Origin: Hormiphora californensis
Lineage: Eukaryota > Animalia > Ctenophora
NCBI GenBank assembly: GCA_020137815.1
Contig: CM035355.1
Location: 4,588,001-4,652,000 of the forward strand
Direction of reading: 5' to 3'
Length of the DNA: 64,000 nt
Numbering within the stretch: the stretch's first letter is position 1; each line of letters begins with the position of its first letter. Positions 14,771 through 28,277 of this stretch are shown piece by piece. A program made the translations under genes and the position numbers. A model generated the notes under the pieces. The model saw only the letters and a program-made list of their open reading frames with translations, was not told where the DNA came from and searched no databases.

Positions 14771-17700
14771 ATGGCGGGTAAATACGAACCATTAGGGAAA
14801 GAGAACCTGACAATTGAAGAAGTATGTCCAAATTCAAACTCAAATTTTAAAGTTTTTCAAAAAATTTATTTCTAATACTCACTCACTACTCATTTCTCAT
14901 TCCAATGATTACAAACGATTTTTATTTAACAATCATAACTCCCTGTAGCTAATTTAATGTTCTAAATAATTTTAATAGCCCCTAAGGCCATATATATTGG
15001 GAATATTTCAGCCGATAGCCTATTAGCCTATTTCTAATTTAACCCCCTCCATTTCAGAACTCCTCTATAACCCCCTCTATAACAGCATATAACCCCCTCT
15101 ATAACATGCTATTTAATACCCCCTCACCCCATTTCAGAACTCCTCTATGGAGCGCATCAATCTGCGGGTTGCAGCCCCTGTGGTGGCCAAGAAACAACCC
15201 GTTGTGGATGAGTGGGATGTGGTGGGAGAAGTCATTCCTGAACATGAAATGGATGGGAAACCCTGGCGTGGTGAGTGTGGGAGCAGGGCGGGTGGGGTAG
15301 GGTGGGGTGTGGTGGTGGGGGACGGGTGGGGTGGGGTGTGGTGGTGGGGGCAGGACGAGTGGGATGTGGTGGGAGAAGTCATTCCTGAACATGAGATGGA
15401 TGGGAAACCCTGGCGTGGTGAGTGCGGGGGGCAGGGTGGGTGGGGTGGGGTTGTGGGGGCAGGGTGGTCCGGTGGAGGCAGGGTGGGGTTGGCGGGGTTG
15501 TGGGGGCAGGGTGTCAAAGTGGAGAGGGTGATTTTTAGAGGTGAATGGTAATCGGAAACTGGGAGGGGGAGTCGAGGGTAGGAAAATAAATCATCCAGCT
15601 CAATTAAAATCGGATTTTTTGAAGTTGTCACCCCAAAATGACCGCGCATGTGAAATTTATCAATTTTGACGCGCACACCACACGTTAACATGTGATGTGA
15701 CACGCAAAAACATTCCACGCACGAAAAGGGGGGTGACAATTTCAAAAAATCCGACTTTAGAGCGATAATATGATCAAAGTTTTAACTTACATGTCTCTAT
15801 TCCAACAGAAATGACAGGGAAAGAGAGGGCGATGAAGATCCTCTGGATTTTTGTCCGAATGATCATTATCGTTGCCTCCCTTTATTTCTTCATCTGCTCT
15901 CTGTCCCTACTTTCTAGTGGATTCCAGCTGCTTGGAGGAAAATCTGCAGGAGAGGTAGGAATTTATCATAGTGCTGCAAATAATGACTTATTACTTCCCA
16001 GCTAATTCATACCCCCTCAATATTCGCCTGTATATATAGTACATAACGTTCTGCACGCAGTGCAAGCGCGCCATATACGCTCTGCACTGCAGAGCGTATA
16101 TGGAGGTGAAATGCACGACAGCGGAGCTGGAGTGCATTTCACACCTATATTGCACGAGTGAAACGAGTGCGATATAGGGGCGCTTGCACCAGCCGTGCAG
16201 GACGTTATTGAGTATATATTCCGCGAGAAAACACTTTACAAGCAAAACAATCTTAATTTTGGGTGGTTACACACACAGAGATGTGACAAAACAAGGTCCA
16301 AACTAAGCAAAAACACACTCAAAAATACTAACAGACACTACTGCAACTCTTACACACAAGGGAAACAACGTCTGATAGTTTGAAACAGTGAAAAGAAGAG
16401 AGAGATGAAGAGAGAGATGCGAGAGAGGGAGATTGGAATTCTTGGAAATAGCAAACAACAAAACGTGATAAGGGGATAATTAGTGAGAGAAAGAGGGAGA
16501 GTGAGTGTAATTTGACAGACTTTGTGTCGTGTAGTACCTTGTCAGTCATATTCTGTGTGTTTGTGTGTGATTAAGGTGTAAAAACACAGCGAGAACACAT
16601 TTCTTACTTATATCCCGCTCCCTCTATATCTGCACGCTCCCGCGGAAGCACAGTGCATATTTCAGCGTGCAAATGGTCGCGCACAGCGGGAGTGATATGT
16701 GCACTCGCGGTATATATATAGGGTTAGGACTTCTTCTTCTTAAAGATAATAATTCTCATACCTCCCCAATATATTCGTCAAGGACAGCTTGAATATATCC
16801 TCATAATAATATATGAGGGTTATTATTCAAGGTATGACAAACCTCTCTCACCCCTAGATCTTTGCAAAAGGGACTCTTGATTATATTAATCCTCATACCT
16901 CCCCGCCACGATATAGGTCATTCATATTCGCCTATAGAATCCCATAGAAGCTTGAATATATGATAATTCGCATACCTCTTCCCCATAATTTAATAATGAT
17001 CTAACCTCTTTCCCCTCCCCCAGATCTTTGCGAAGGGCAGTCTATTGAACAATCCCATTATTGGACTGATGATTGGGGTCCTGGTTACCGTTCTGGTTCA
17101 GAGTTCTTCAACCTCAACCAGCATTATTGTTGCCATGGTTTCTGCTGGAAGTAAGTATTGTTGCCATGGTTTCTGCCGGAAGTAAGTATTGTTGCCATGG
17201 TATCTACCGGTAGTGAGTATGTTTCAACGTGGGAAACTCTGCGCAACCGTCTCAATCCTTTCGATTCCCATAGCAACCAGTATGAAAATGACTCACAATT
17301 CTCTCTCTGCAGTTGTGACGCTAAAGCCCGCTATCTGCATGATTATGGGAGCGAACATTGGAACTACCGTAACCAACACAATCGTTAGCCTGGGACAGTC
17401 AATGGACAGAAAGATGTTTAGGAGAGCATTCGCAGGCGCCACAGGTACGTCTTATGCCCCCAAAATATTTAGGAGGGGTAGCCACGGTCCTGACTAGTCA
17501 CCAAATTGGACAGTGGGATAGTGCCCAAAGTTGCTTGGTACAATCTTTTTCCCCAACACCTAAACAAATCCCCTTATTTTCAGTTCACGATTGTTTTAAT
17601 TGGCTGTGCGTGTGCATTTTCCTGCCCCTTGAGGTCATCGCGAGTCCATTGGAACGCCTCAGCTCCCTAATCACGTCAGGTGAGTGCCCCACCCCTCCTC

Positions 17701-20700
17701 CTCTAACCTTCTTTCTAACCCTAGTTTTAGCAACGTACTAGATGTGATGTATAGTGTAAGTACTAGGTGCCGCAATTAGTCCCCCTTCCCTCCCCCCGTT
17801 TTGCCGTTGTTCAGGAATTTCTGATGGTGGTGAGGTTTCCAAACTCGATTTCCTAAAAGTTTTAACAAAGCCCCTGACAAAGAGAGTAATATCGATTGAT
17901 AAAGATACTATTAAGGACATTGCCAAGGTTTGTAGATGTATCGCACAATATAGTAGTTACGGAATGTTAGTGCCCGAGATTCGGACCTAAATTTGGGTCC
18001 TAAGATTGGGCCCTAAATTCTGTAACTAATAGATCAATGTCGAACATTGACTCTCTTTTTGACAGGACATTGTCGAAAAGAAAGTCAATTGATAGTTTTG
18101 ACTCTCTTGGATCCGAGAGAGGTAGAGAGAGTCAAAATGTATAGAAGCCTACTACCTATCTCACCGCGGACCTCTCCCGCGAAGAGAAAGGTTGTGCGAT
18201 GCTCAGATTATAAGCCCCCATGTTCCTCCTCTCTCTCTCCAACTCCACTCACCACTCTCCCATCTTTCAGTACTGTACCTCAAGTGGACCTGCCTATGAC
18301 GCTCTGTACTGCTCTGAAGCTAGGAATGCTAGTATGATGAAGGTCTGCGATGACCCTGATACCCTGGAGCGGGAACCTTGTGACTTTCTTTTTAGTAAAT
18401 CTGGTGAGTCAGGGAACCTTGTGACTTTCTTTTTAGCAAATCTGGTGAGTTGCATTGAGGGATAGAGAACCGATATTTTCTTGTAACTGGCATGTATAAA
18501 CACACTGTACTTATGAATCGTTATGGCCCTTCCTGAAGATCTAAAATGCCCCTCCCATAGTGCAGGGCTAATCTCTGAACTAATTTACCCCTCACAGGAC
18601 TGAATGATACTGCCTCCGGTGTGATTCTCCTGTTGGTATCTCTCTTTGTCCTATGTGCCTGTCTCACTATCCTGGTCAAGACTCTACATCTCTACTGATG
18701 GGACGAATGGCACAGACACTGAAGGACACATCAACACTGATCTACCCCACCCCTGGGGCTGGTTTACTGGGTATGTAGCGAGAGAATGTGTAACTAGACT
18801 CATGTGTATATATGGACCTAGGACCTACACATTTGACTGTGGGTCATTAATTGTCCCACTTACCACTAACAAGTGTTGTGCGTGTGAACAGTGATCAATG
18901 ATCATGTACTGCATATCTCACTACACACTCACCTCTCATCTGTACTTCTCTATTCTACACAAGCATATATACACAACAAGCAACTACAGTAGTACCATAA
19001 CCGTAACTACAGTGACAATATATGTATATGTGTTGTTCATGCGAAAATGTGCATAAACACGCTTTCAAGAATCATGGAGATTGGAGAGGGAAAGTTAAAA
19101 CTAGCATGGACCACTCCCCTCACTCTCCACATAGCTGAAGAAAACAAATAACATGTCCACCTCCCCACCCCCGGTAATTACTTCACTTCACTAACCACCA
19201 GTTAACCTTAATCCCCATCTACAGGTACTAACTCTCTCTCCGCCACAGGTACTAACCCTCTCTCCCCCACAGGTACTAACCCTCCCCCCCCCCACAGGTA
19301 CATTTTCATTGTGGTTGGTATGGGCATGACAATCCTGGTCCAAAGCAGCAGTGTCTTCACATCAACCATCACCCCCTTGGTTGGAATGGGTGTGATCAGT
19401 ATTGATAGGATGTTCCCTTTAACCCTGGGCAGTAATATTGGAACCACTGCTACTGCTATTCTTGCTGCCCTTGCTGCAACGGGAGATAATCGTGCTCTGA
19501 CCATCCAAGTAGCGGTATGTGAAATATGAATTAATTATGTTAACTTAATTATCCAACCACGACTTCAAAATTCCATGGAGTGTATAGAACATAGTAATAC
19601 TATTTTTTGTTTGATTCCAATTCACGAATTCCCCCCCCCCCAGATGTCCCATCTGATGTTCAATATCTTTGGAATCATGGTGTTCTACCCCATTCCCTGG
19701 ATGAGACAGATCCCCCTCTCGATGGCAAAGTGTCTCGGAAACACCACCGCCAATTACAGGTGAATACAATTAATTAGTGGATAATTGGGCCTTTAGTTAC
19801 GTCATAAGTGCAATAATTAACACATTATTATCGGCAATAAGCCCCCTTTCGGGGGGTACGTCACCTTTTATTTTGCCCACTTTTGCCCACATTTGCCCAC
19901 ATGGGCAAACCAAAATCTCAAAAAACAGGTATAATGTGGGCAAAGTGGGCAAAAAGTGGGCAAATCGTGGGCAAAAATTCAAAAGTATAAAAAAGTTTAC
20001 CAGAAAACCCTATGACACAAGTTTTCCACCACCAATGTCCTCCTAGAGGTCCCCTCTATCGATTCCAACCGATACTCAATTAGTTTGCCTAGCTCGACCA
20101 CCATTTTCGCAAACTCCGTGAGGTCAAAAAACGCCAAATTTCGCCTTGGCTGGGAAAAAAATTGGAAACAAGCTAATTCCTTCACCAATGTGTCCCCAAG
20201 GGTCTCCTAGAACACCACTGAGTTTTTTCAAATCCGGCATGAGGTACAACATGTTCATTTCCGGGATTAATTTTTACCTGTACTTCTAGCCTGAAGCCAA
20301 AATCGTAACCACCCTTAGGAAAGCAGTAGAAACAAACCCAAGGGCACCAAAGAGTTCAGCGTCGTCGCGTTAGTGGGGGGATCTCATCTGGTTAATTAGA
20401 TAACTAGGTTTGCACATAGCCGTTTTTTGGCTATATGGCTATAGCCACTTAGGAATGGTTTAGAGACTTTTCACTGGTGCCATCTTATTCAGAAAATAAG
20501 TTTAATCTAAGAGTTGTGGAAAAATTTAGTACAGTCGGACCCCGATTTAGTGGCATCCTCGGGGGAAAGAAATCCTGCCACTAAATCGGGGTGCCACTAA
20601 ATCGGGGCGAGCCATATTTGGCCCATAAAAACCTATTTTATGCCCAAAATGCTATACTAAGACCAAAGACACCTCTAACTGTTATATGCAATATTCATGT

Positions 20701-22743
20701 ATTGATTACATGATCATTTCTGATTAGAAATAGAAAACTATCAAATAAATTTTTCAAAAAAATTGTGAAAAATTTTCTAAGTTATACCAGTCCGTCCGAT
20801 TTGTGTTTCGAATCGGTGCAGCTACCTGGATGTCCTGTCTAATTAGCGGGTTCGAAACGAACTGATACGTGATACCATGCCAAATCGGGGCACCCTAAGC
20901 GGGTGAGGAAGTATCAAAATTTCAAAATAACTTTCTCTCTCAAAATTAATGGGGAGCACCGATCAAAGCATTGACAATCGTACTGTAAAATTTTGCAAAA
21001 AAGTTGTAATTTTTTTTAAAGGTATACCAGCCACATCCGAATCGTGTTTCGAATCGGTGCATCTTATCGCATGTCCTGCTGCTAATTAGACGGTTCAGAA
21101 CGAATCGAAACGTGATCCCCATCGAATCGAAATTTTGACGCTTGGTGAGCTTATGATTCAATGGCCCCATGGGGATCACGTATCGGTTCGTTCCGAACCG
21201 TCTAATTAGCAGCAGGACATGCGATAAGATACACTGATTCGAAACACGATTCGGACGTGGCTGGTATTCCTTTGAAAAATTTTCAAAAAAATTTCAAAAA
21301 AATTTCACAAAAAAATCAAAAAAATTTTTGGGGGAAAAAAATCCTGCCACTAAATCGGGGTGCCACTAAATCGGGGGCCACTAAATCGGGGTCCGACTGT
21401 ACCTGTTTTTACCGTATTGGCTTGTTTTGTTCAAACGGGGAGGAAGGGTCGAACAAGGCAAGTATTGGCGTTATAAGCGGTCAAAGGAGGCCAAATTAGT
21501 CGAAAATACCAAAAATGAGTTAATTGACCTCCTTTGACCGCTAATAACGCCAAAACGGTAAGAGATAGGCTCTAAATTGTTCCACAACTCTTAGATTAAA
21601 ATATTTTTCTGAACAAGTCTCTAAACCATTCCTAAGTGGCTATAGCCATATATTCAAAAAACGGCTATGTGCAAACCTAATTATCCAATTATGCATCTAA
21701 TTAACCAGATGATACATAAACTTATTGCCACGTTAGACTGTTTTTCGTACAAAACAATAAACTTATAACTCCGGCACCTACCTACTAGGGGGACATTGGT
21801 GGTGGAAAACCTTTGCCACAGACGATTTTATTGGGGTGTATCAATTTTTGTTACTTCCGTAACCCTCGCTTCGCACCGGGCCGGACAAAATAAATTTAAA
21901 TTATTTGCCTACTTTTGCCTACTGTTTTGCCCACTTTTCGCCCACTTTTACCCAGCCAGATATGGAGCCTTATTAGCCCTGAGCACATATGATCACCGGT
22001 TGGAAATCGATAGAGGGGACCTCTAGGAGGACATTGGTGGTGGAAAACCTTTTTCAAAGACTGGCTGATGGCATATTTTTCTATAAAATATTTTTGCCTA
22101 CTTTTGCCCACTTTTGCCTACTTTTGCCCACTTTTGCCCATGTGGGCAAATTCAAAATTTAAGAATAATGTGGGCAGTGGGCAAAAATAAAGGTGACGTA
22201 CCCCCCCCCCTTTCCCCAAAATTCTGAATTCAGCTCCCCTAAACCACAGCAACTAACCCCAACTCCCCCAGATGGTTCGCCGTGGTCTACCTGATTCTGA
22301 TGTTCCTTGTTCTCCCTCTCTCCCTCATTCTTCTCTCCTTCAACGTTATCCTCCTCTACACATTCCTGGGAGTTGTCCTGTTCACCATTCTCACCATTGT
22401 CATCGTCACCACCATCCAGAGACATCGACCTGACTGGTAAGAAAGGGGAGGAGGGTAATGAAATAGGAAGTGAGCTGAGAGGGATATTATTGATTGAAAG
22501 AGCCTGTCTGTTTGCACTAAAAAGAAACCCCCCACATGTCAAGCCCCCCTAGATACTAACACCCCCTCTTCCCTATACAGGTTACCTGACTGGCTGAAAA
22601 CTTGGAAATTCCTGCCCCGACCCCTCCGATCCATGGATCCCTACGACAGGATCATCACTGGACGATGTGGGTGCTTTGAGAAGGATGTTGAGCAGCCTCC
22701 CGCCATGGAATACCCGATGAGAGATGTGACTGCGGTAGCATGA
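14771..22743 (+). CDS. SLC34: Na-dependent phosphate cotransporter NaPi-II (SLC34 family), 13 exons
   Basis: Exons 14771-14821, 15138-15270, 15809-15954, 17024-17150, 17313-17444, 17584-17679, 17815-17927, 18271-18403, 18598-18770, 19298-19514, 19644-19759, 22272-22436, 22581-22743. Signature motifs [87 protein letters not shown]. The exon at 18598-18770 needs two single-base insertions to stay in frame. Confidence 0.92.
15606..15759. mobile_element. ~155-bp MITE (TAAAGTCGGATTTTTTGAA family)
   Basis: TIRs (T)AAAATCGGATTTTTTGAAGTTGTCACCCC...GGGGTGACAATTTCAAAAAATCCGACTTTA; further copies at 48636-48767 and 49979-50133. Confidence 0.75.
19851..22205. mobile_element. Non-autonomous MULE-like element with nested insertions, in an SLC34 intron
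   Basis: TIR GGGGGGTACGTCACCTTT..TTTTGCCCAC / GTGGGCAAAAATAAAGGTGACGTACCCCC; 9-bp TSD CCCCCTTTC (19842-19850 and 22206-22214); TTTGCCCA subterminal repeats; related copy at 51218-52480. Confidence 0.8.
20532..21399. mobile_element. Tc1/mariner-type non-autonomous element nested in the MULE-like element
   Basis: TA-CAGTCGGACCCCGATTTAGTGGC...GCCACTAAATCGGGGTCCGACTG-TA; internal ~245-bp hairpin at 21024-21268. Confidence 0.82.
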
Positions 22744-23674
22744 GATAGACACAACCACCATTCCCATTAGCTGTTATATCCCCATTTATCGGTCTTACCC
22801 CCTGAGATGTGTGCGCCATGTTACTTCTCCCGTTCTTAATTAGCTGTTATTATTACCCTCCCCTTCCATAAAGTTGTTCTTCATACCCTGTCTGGCGCCG
22901 CCTGACCCCCTTTTGATAGTGTGCTATCAGATCGGGTCGGCCCCACCGCCAGACAGCTCCTATATACCTGGCCGGCTCTGATTACTGAGTTGAGCTGGTC
23001 TTCACTTCAGAGAGAATCACCAAAATTCCAAAGACAGTTTTTTGTTGCGTGTGCTGCTGTGTGCGTACCTGATATAGGACACGTTGCTAGGTTACACCTG
23101 CATGTTGCTAGGTTACACCTGCATGTTACACATGGGTTGCTAGGTTACACTTGTGGGTTGCTAGGTTACACCTATTGTTGTTCGCAGTTTACTCACACAA
23201 CAGATCACGTTCTATATCGTCGATATATATATTTCTTTTTCAAGATTTGTACGTTCTTTATTATTTCACTGTGTTCTCAAGATATCCCGAGTTTTATTTT
23301 GTATCTGTACATGGTGAACAAGGACTCCTCTAGCTCTCCTTAGCTCCCGAATCTGAAACAGCTTGTCAAGAAGCGAGAGAGAAAGTAGTGCGGGGTTGGG
23401 GGTGACAAGAGTGAGAAGAAGGTGGAGAAAAAGTGGATTTAGGGTAAGGAACGGCTGTCAGAGCATTGGTCTGACCCTATTCTCGCAAGAACTGTGGTCA
23501 GAGCATTGACCTGACAGAGGAACAGGGGATCGGAAAGATTTGAGTTCAAAGTAATAAACGTTAAATTGTAGAGTTGTAAGAAATTAAGTTTGGTCATTTC
23601 AACACACATGTATCAACTGAGCGTCTCTCAACTTTAGAGTGTCTCTCATTTTCTGTCACACACTGTCTCTCTCT

Positions 23675-26600
23675 CTACCTGTAGTTCTCCCTCACACTCC
23701 TCCTTTCAGGGGGTGGCCTCTTCACACTGGATGTATAATGGGTCCTTGTGGCAGCCTGCGGGGGTGGAGACCGGGCGGACCTTGAGGGGGCTGTCCTGTG
23801 TGTAGTAGCTCGGGATGTTGGTGGGGGTGATCGGGCTGCCCTTCGGATTGCTGCTGGTGATCGTGGGGCTCGTCTTCCCACTGTGGTACTGGATCGGGGA
23901 GGTGAGGACCGGGGTCGGCCACCTAGAATTGGTCGGGAGGAGGGAGGTGGTGATCTCTTGTTGTATCGACCCACTGAGGACCCAGTTGTTGATCTAGGAG
24001 GGGGCCCTGTACCTGAAGGGAGGGGTAGGGGTGTTAAAACACTTTTGAGGTCAGGAAGTACTGTGTTTTTAGACAAAGGAACGATGAAGAGGCCAACTAG
24101 AAAAGAAATAAGAACGAGACTAAAAATAATCACTTACTCCGTGCAACCGGCTTGTAAGACTCATTGCGAACACTAATCTGGAAGTTCTCCCGGCTGCTCA
24201 TACTCTTGAATGTTGGGATGGAAGGTTTTGGTGTTCGAAGGAGACCTCCAGCCCCTACAGTTGGTGCGGATCTTCTGCTGCTGTGTGTGTGGTGGGCATC
24301 AGGTGAGGATCTGGAGTGGTGTATCGGACGGAGGGGTGCATTTCGGAGTGGTGGAGATCGGCGTCTGAGGAGAGAGAGAGTCATTAGGAATAGACAGTGT
24401 CAGGTGTCTAGACAGACACTTGGTAAATGTAATTCATGTTGTTGTTTTGTGTACCGCGAATGAATGAGAAGTGTGCAATAGAGGTAGCGCGCATTAAACC
24501 GATACCAACACAATGTACTTTTATTACAAACTTCCCTGCGCGCCGGCCTACCTTGTAGGAGTTGGACTGGACCGGCGGGTTGCCCTGAGAGGGGGAGGGG
24601 ACATGGCCCTTTTCTTGAGAGATGGTCCTGAACTAGAGGGTCCCCCTCCGCTAACTCTCTTCCTTATCATATCCCTGTTACCCCCACTGAAACAGAATGT
24701 TATCACTATGTGTTTTCAGTTAGCACGCCAAATTTGGAGTTTAGCCAAAAAGCAACAATTCTAAATTAAGCCTCAGTTTTTCTCGAGAAGACTATCTCAA
24801 TTCTCACACACATACCCCGATAATCTCGAAGTACTATGTTTTGGTTCGGGAGTACCACCCCGTACAGCTCGTCTCTCAGTGGGAGTGCCGCCTCTAACAG
24901 CCCTTCTCTCAGGACGTGTCACAGGGGAGGGAGCCCTAACTGGGGATCTGGATTTGTTTCCTGCTGCTGTACTAGAAGGGGCGGAGCGGGAGGAGGAGCC
25001 ACGATGGGCAGCTGGTCTGCTATCACGGTGTCGACTAGAACGACGGGGACTCAACTGAAGTGGGGATGTGAAATAGTGATAAAGAAACAAGAAAATGTGT
25101 CTGATCAATTTAGTCCTACCTCTTTTTCAGCGTCACTGTCTGATACATCAGAGGGCTCGTACAAGAAGCTCTCATACTCAGTAGGTCGAGAATCAGGATT
25201 GTCAACTGAAATGAGAGATAGGTTGTTAGAAAACCCTACACAGATTAGGAGTTTATAATCCCTGGGGAAATTCAGAAGTGTTGTGTGGAGACTGAGGTGC
25301 AGGGTGGTCTATCAAAGAGACACAATTTACTATTTTCCGTTTCTTTATTTCCCCTCGCAGCATGTACACATATTGGTGTATATTCGCAGCACATATTCTG
25401 GTAATCTAATTGTAAAACTCTCCGGGGGCACCATTTCCACTATACGTCCGAGGGTTCGACATTATTATATGTCGACCCAATCCGTGTAAAGTATCTAATG
25501 AACATCCTCGATACATCGTGTTTGTGGGTTGTTATTATACCATGTAATAACTTGGTAATTGTATAACTCACTGGTGCCTGATTACCTTTATAAACCCTCC
25601 ACTGTAGCAACTTATCGTAAAGTACATCAAGTCGTCTCTCATATCGTGTCATCCTATTAACATATCTCCTCCTCACACCATCACCCCCACACAGATACCT
25701 ATCAATATGATTTGATACCTCGAGGAGGCTCACTATTACCGCATCTAACTCCTCAAGAGAGAGTTTCAAGGTGGCCATACTGCCGTGTTTGAGGACAGAT
25801 CGGGCCGATTTTTGGAGTTCCCTCTGCCTGGTGTCCTCTATAAGGAAGGTACGTTTGTTGTCAACTTTGAAACCCTTTTCCTCCTTCAGCTCTTTCACGT
25901 GATCGGACCGTTTTTTCTTCAGGTCCGCCAGTGTGTCTGATGTTTCACGGCGTGCATTCGACGCATTGTCTCGATCCCTAGGGCAATCGTGTAATTCCTC
26001 GTGGACATTGGACACCCACCAATACATTGAGGAGGATAGAGAGAGGAGGATAGAAAGAGAGGATAGAGAAAGAGGGCGGTATCTAGCATCATAGCGAAAT
26101 TTCAATCATAAAACGACTTACTTGGATAGTTCTGCAATTTTTTGCAAGGCAGCCATTGCTTTATCATCCTCCTTATCATTAGTGTAGACAGTCACCTGTG
26201 GGGAGGGGTGGTAATCACGTGATGTCCATATATGGTATTATGAACCACGTGATGCCCATATATGGTGTTATAAACCACGTGATACCCAAATATGGTGTTA
26301 TAAACCACGTGATACCCAAATATGGTGTTATAAACCACGTGATGCCCATATATGGTGCTATTACCTTCTTTCGGAGCCTTTCTATCTGGCTCGCAAAGTT
26401 ATTGGTGGTTGAACGAAGTTTTCGAAGATCATAGTGCTCCAAATCAATCTGCTCCTGGAGCTCGTCCAAATATTTCATCTAATGGTGAATTAGTAGAATG
26501 CAATTGAAGGAGCAAGATTGTTATTAATGTGGGATGCTTGATGATGATTAAGTTAAAAAATAAATTTCATACCTCTTCCAACTTTTCTTCCTCTGTCAAG

Positions 26601-27355
26601 GTACATTCGATCTCCTTCTCTTTTTCCTTTTCTTCCTTCTCTTCATCGCCATCTTTTGGGGCACCTTCATTATCATCTAGGAAACGATGTTATTTACTAA
26701 AAACTATGCCATATTTCATACAGTGGGACTCCGAAGTGGAACTCCGAAGTCCAATCGTGATTTACTATTTTGTGCAGATTACTGTTTCCCGAAGCAGACC
26801 GGTAAGTCTGACTACGAACCTTCTTTCTCCTTTTCATTATCGTCCTCCCTATCCTCCCTATCTTCCCTATCTTCTTCATCTTCATCTTCAGGTTCATGCG
26901 AGAAATCCATCTCTTCGTTGTGTATCTGTACACCATCTTCCTCCTCACCTAGAGCAACATCGTCCCTGATGAGAGTATATAATTATTATTCATAGGAGTC
27001 GTTTAAAGCAGTTTGGAGTCGCCTTGCTCAACCGTTTCTCACCGAACGTAGATCCCCGATCATACATTTTGGAGTCATTGGATCTCAGAACTGTTGCTTT
27101 AAAATATTTCAAAACTTGTAGTTGTTAAAGTTACCCATAAAGATTTTCTTCGTCGTATCTATCATCCTGATCCCTTATAAAATCTTCCTCTTCTTCTTCT
27201 CCATCCCTCCCAATATCTTCTGCTTGTTCCTGACACTCCTCATCATCAGGAAACGCTGAGAGAGAGAATATAATAGAGGTTACTGATTAGAAATAAAGAG
27301 AGAGAGAGAGAGAGTGTGAGAGAGAGGGAGGGAGAGAGATAGAGAGAGCGAAAGG

Positions 27356-27389
<34 letters not shown>

Positions 27390-27819
27390 TAGAGCGAGAG
27401 AATATAGAGATTGAGAGAGAGATAGAGAGAAAGAAGCTCTTGTACAAGTTGATTAACAGTGGGACAAGTATATAACAGTGACTGGATCTGGATTTCATTT
27501 CACTGCCATATTCTTACCTTCTATACAGTCTTCCTCTCCCTCAACGCAATCACCCTCCTCCTCAACATAGTCTTCGTACAAATCCTCCTGGAGAAAACAG
27601 AGAGATTAGATTGACAACAATTACACCAGTTTTTTACCCGTATTCGACATCACATATTTCCGGCCTATACAGTTAGTGATCATAAAGTGAGAAAATGAGA
27701 AACTTCTAGACACACAGACACACAACAGACAGTGCAGATATCACACACATAGAGTACACACATTCCAGACAGGGATCAAATACCTGAGTCACGTCCTCGG
27801 TTTTTCCGTCGTCAGACAT
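23675..27819 (-). CDS. Multi-exon uncharacterised protein: acidic N-terminus, coiled-coil middle, Arg/Ser/Pro-rich (RSPPP) C-terminus
   Basis: ATG at 27819 (MSDDGKTEDVTQ); GT-AG-bounded exons near 27590-27518, 27255-27135, 26966-26820, 26677-26572, 26478-26365, 26195-26122, ~26020-25586, ~25240-25120, ~25055-24817, ~24690-24551, ~24365-24137, ~24010-23675. Several internal boundaries uncertain; family not recognised. Confidence 0.6.
26216..26360. repeat. 30-bp minisatellite x~5 filling most of a small intron
   Basis: AACCACGTGAT(G/A)CCCA(T/A)ATATGGTGTTATA units between the donor near 26364 and the acceptor near 26196. Confidence 0.85.
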
Positions 27820-28277
27820 GGCTCTGGTTGCTAGAAAGAATTGAAAAGTGTTTTAAACTGGTAAATAAAACAGTGAATTAATAAAACAACAATTTTGGGA
27901 TATGAAAAATAAAACTTTATCTCTCAAGGTTTATCTGTTTATCTGTTATCATACATTATCACTACATGCTAAAATTTGTTTCAAACCAAACACTGATAAA
28001 TTAAAAAATGGAGTTAAAACACACCAAATCAAATGCTACCCGTTTACGACCGAACCCCGGAATTTGAACCGATCAATTTCAATGACGAACATTATTTAAT
28101 GAGTTATGGAAAGTGCGGCTGCATCCAGAATGTTCACTAGGCTCTGAGTAATAAGTCTCTTAAAAGTGTACACGCATTGGCAGCAGAAAATCACCATATA
28201 ATTAGACAACTGGATTCCTCAAAATATGTCATTTGTCCATCTGATCAGTTTCAATTTGTACCTGTACCCTGATCTGA

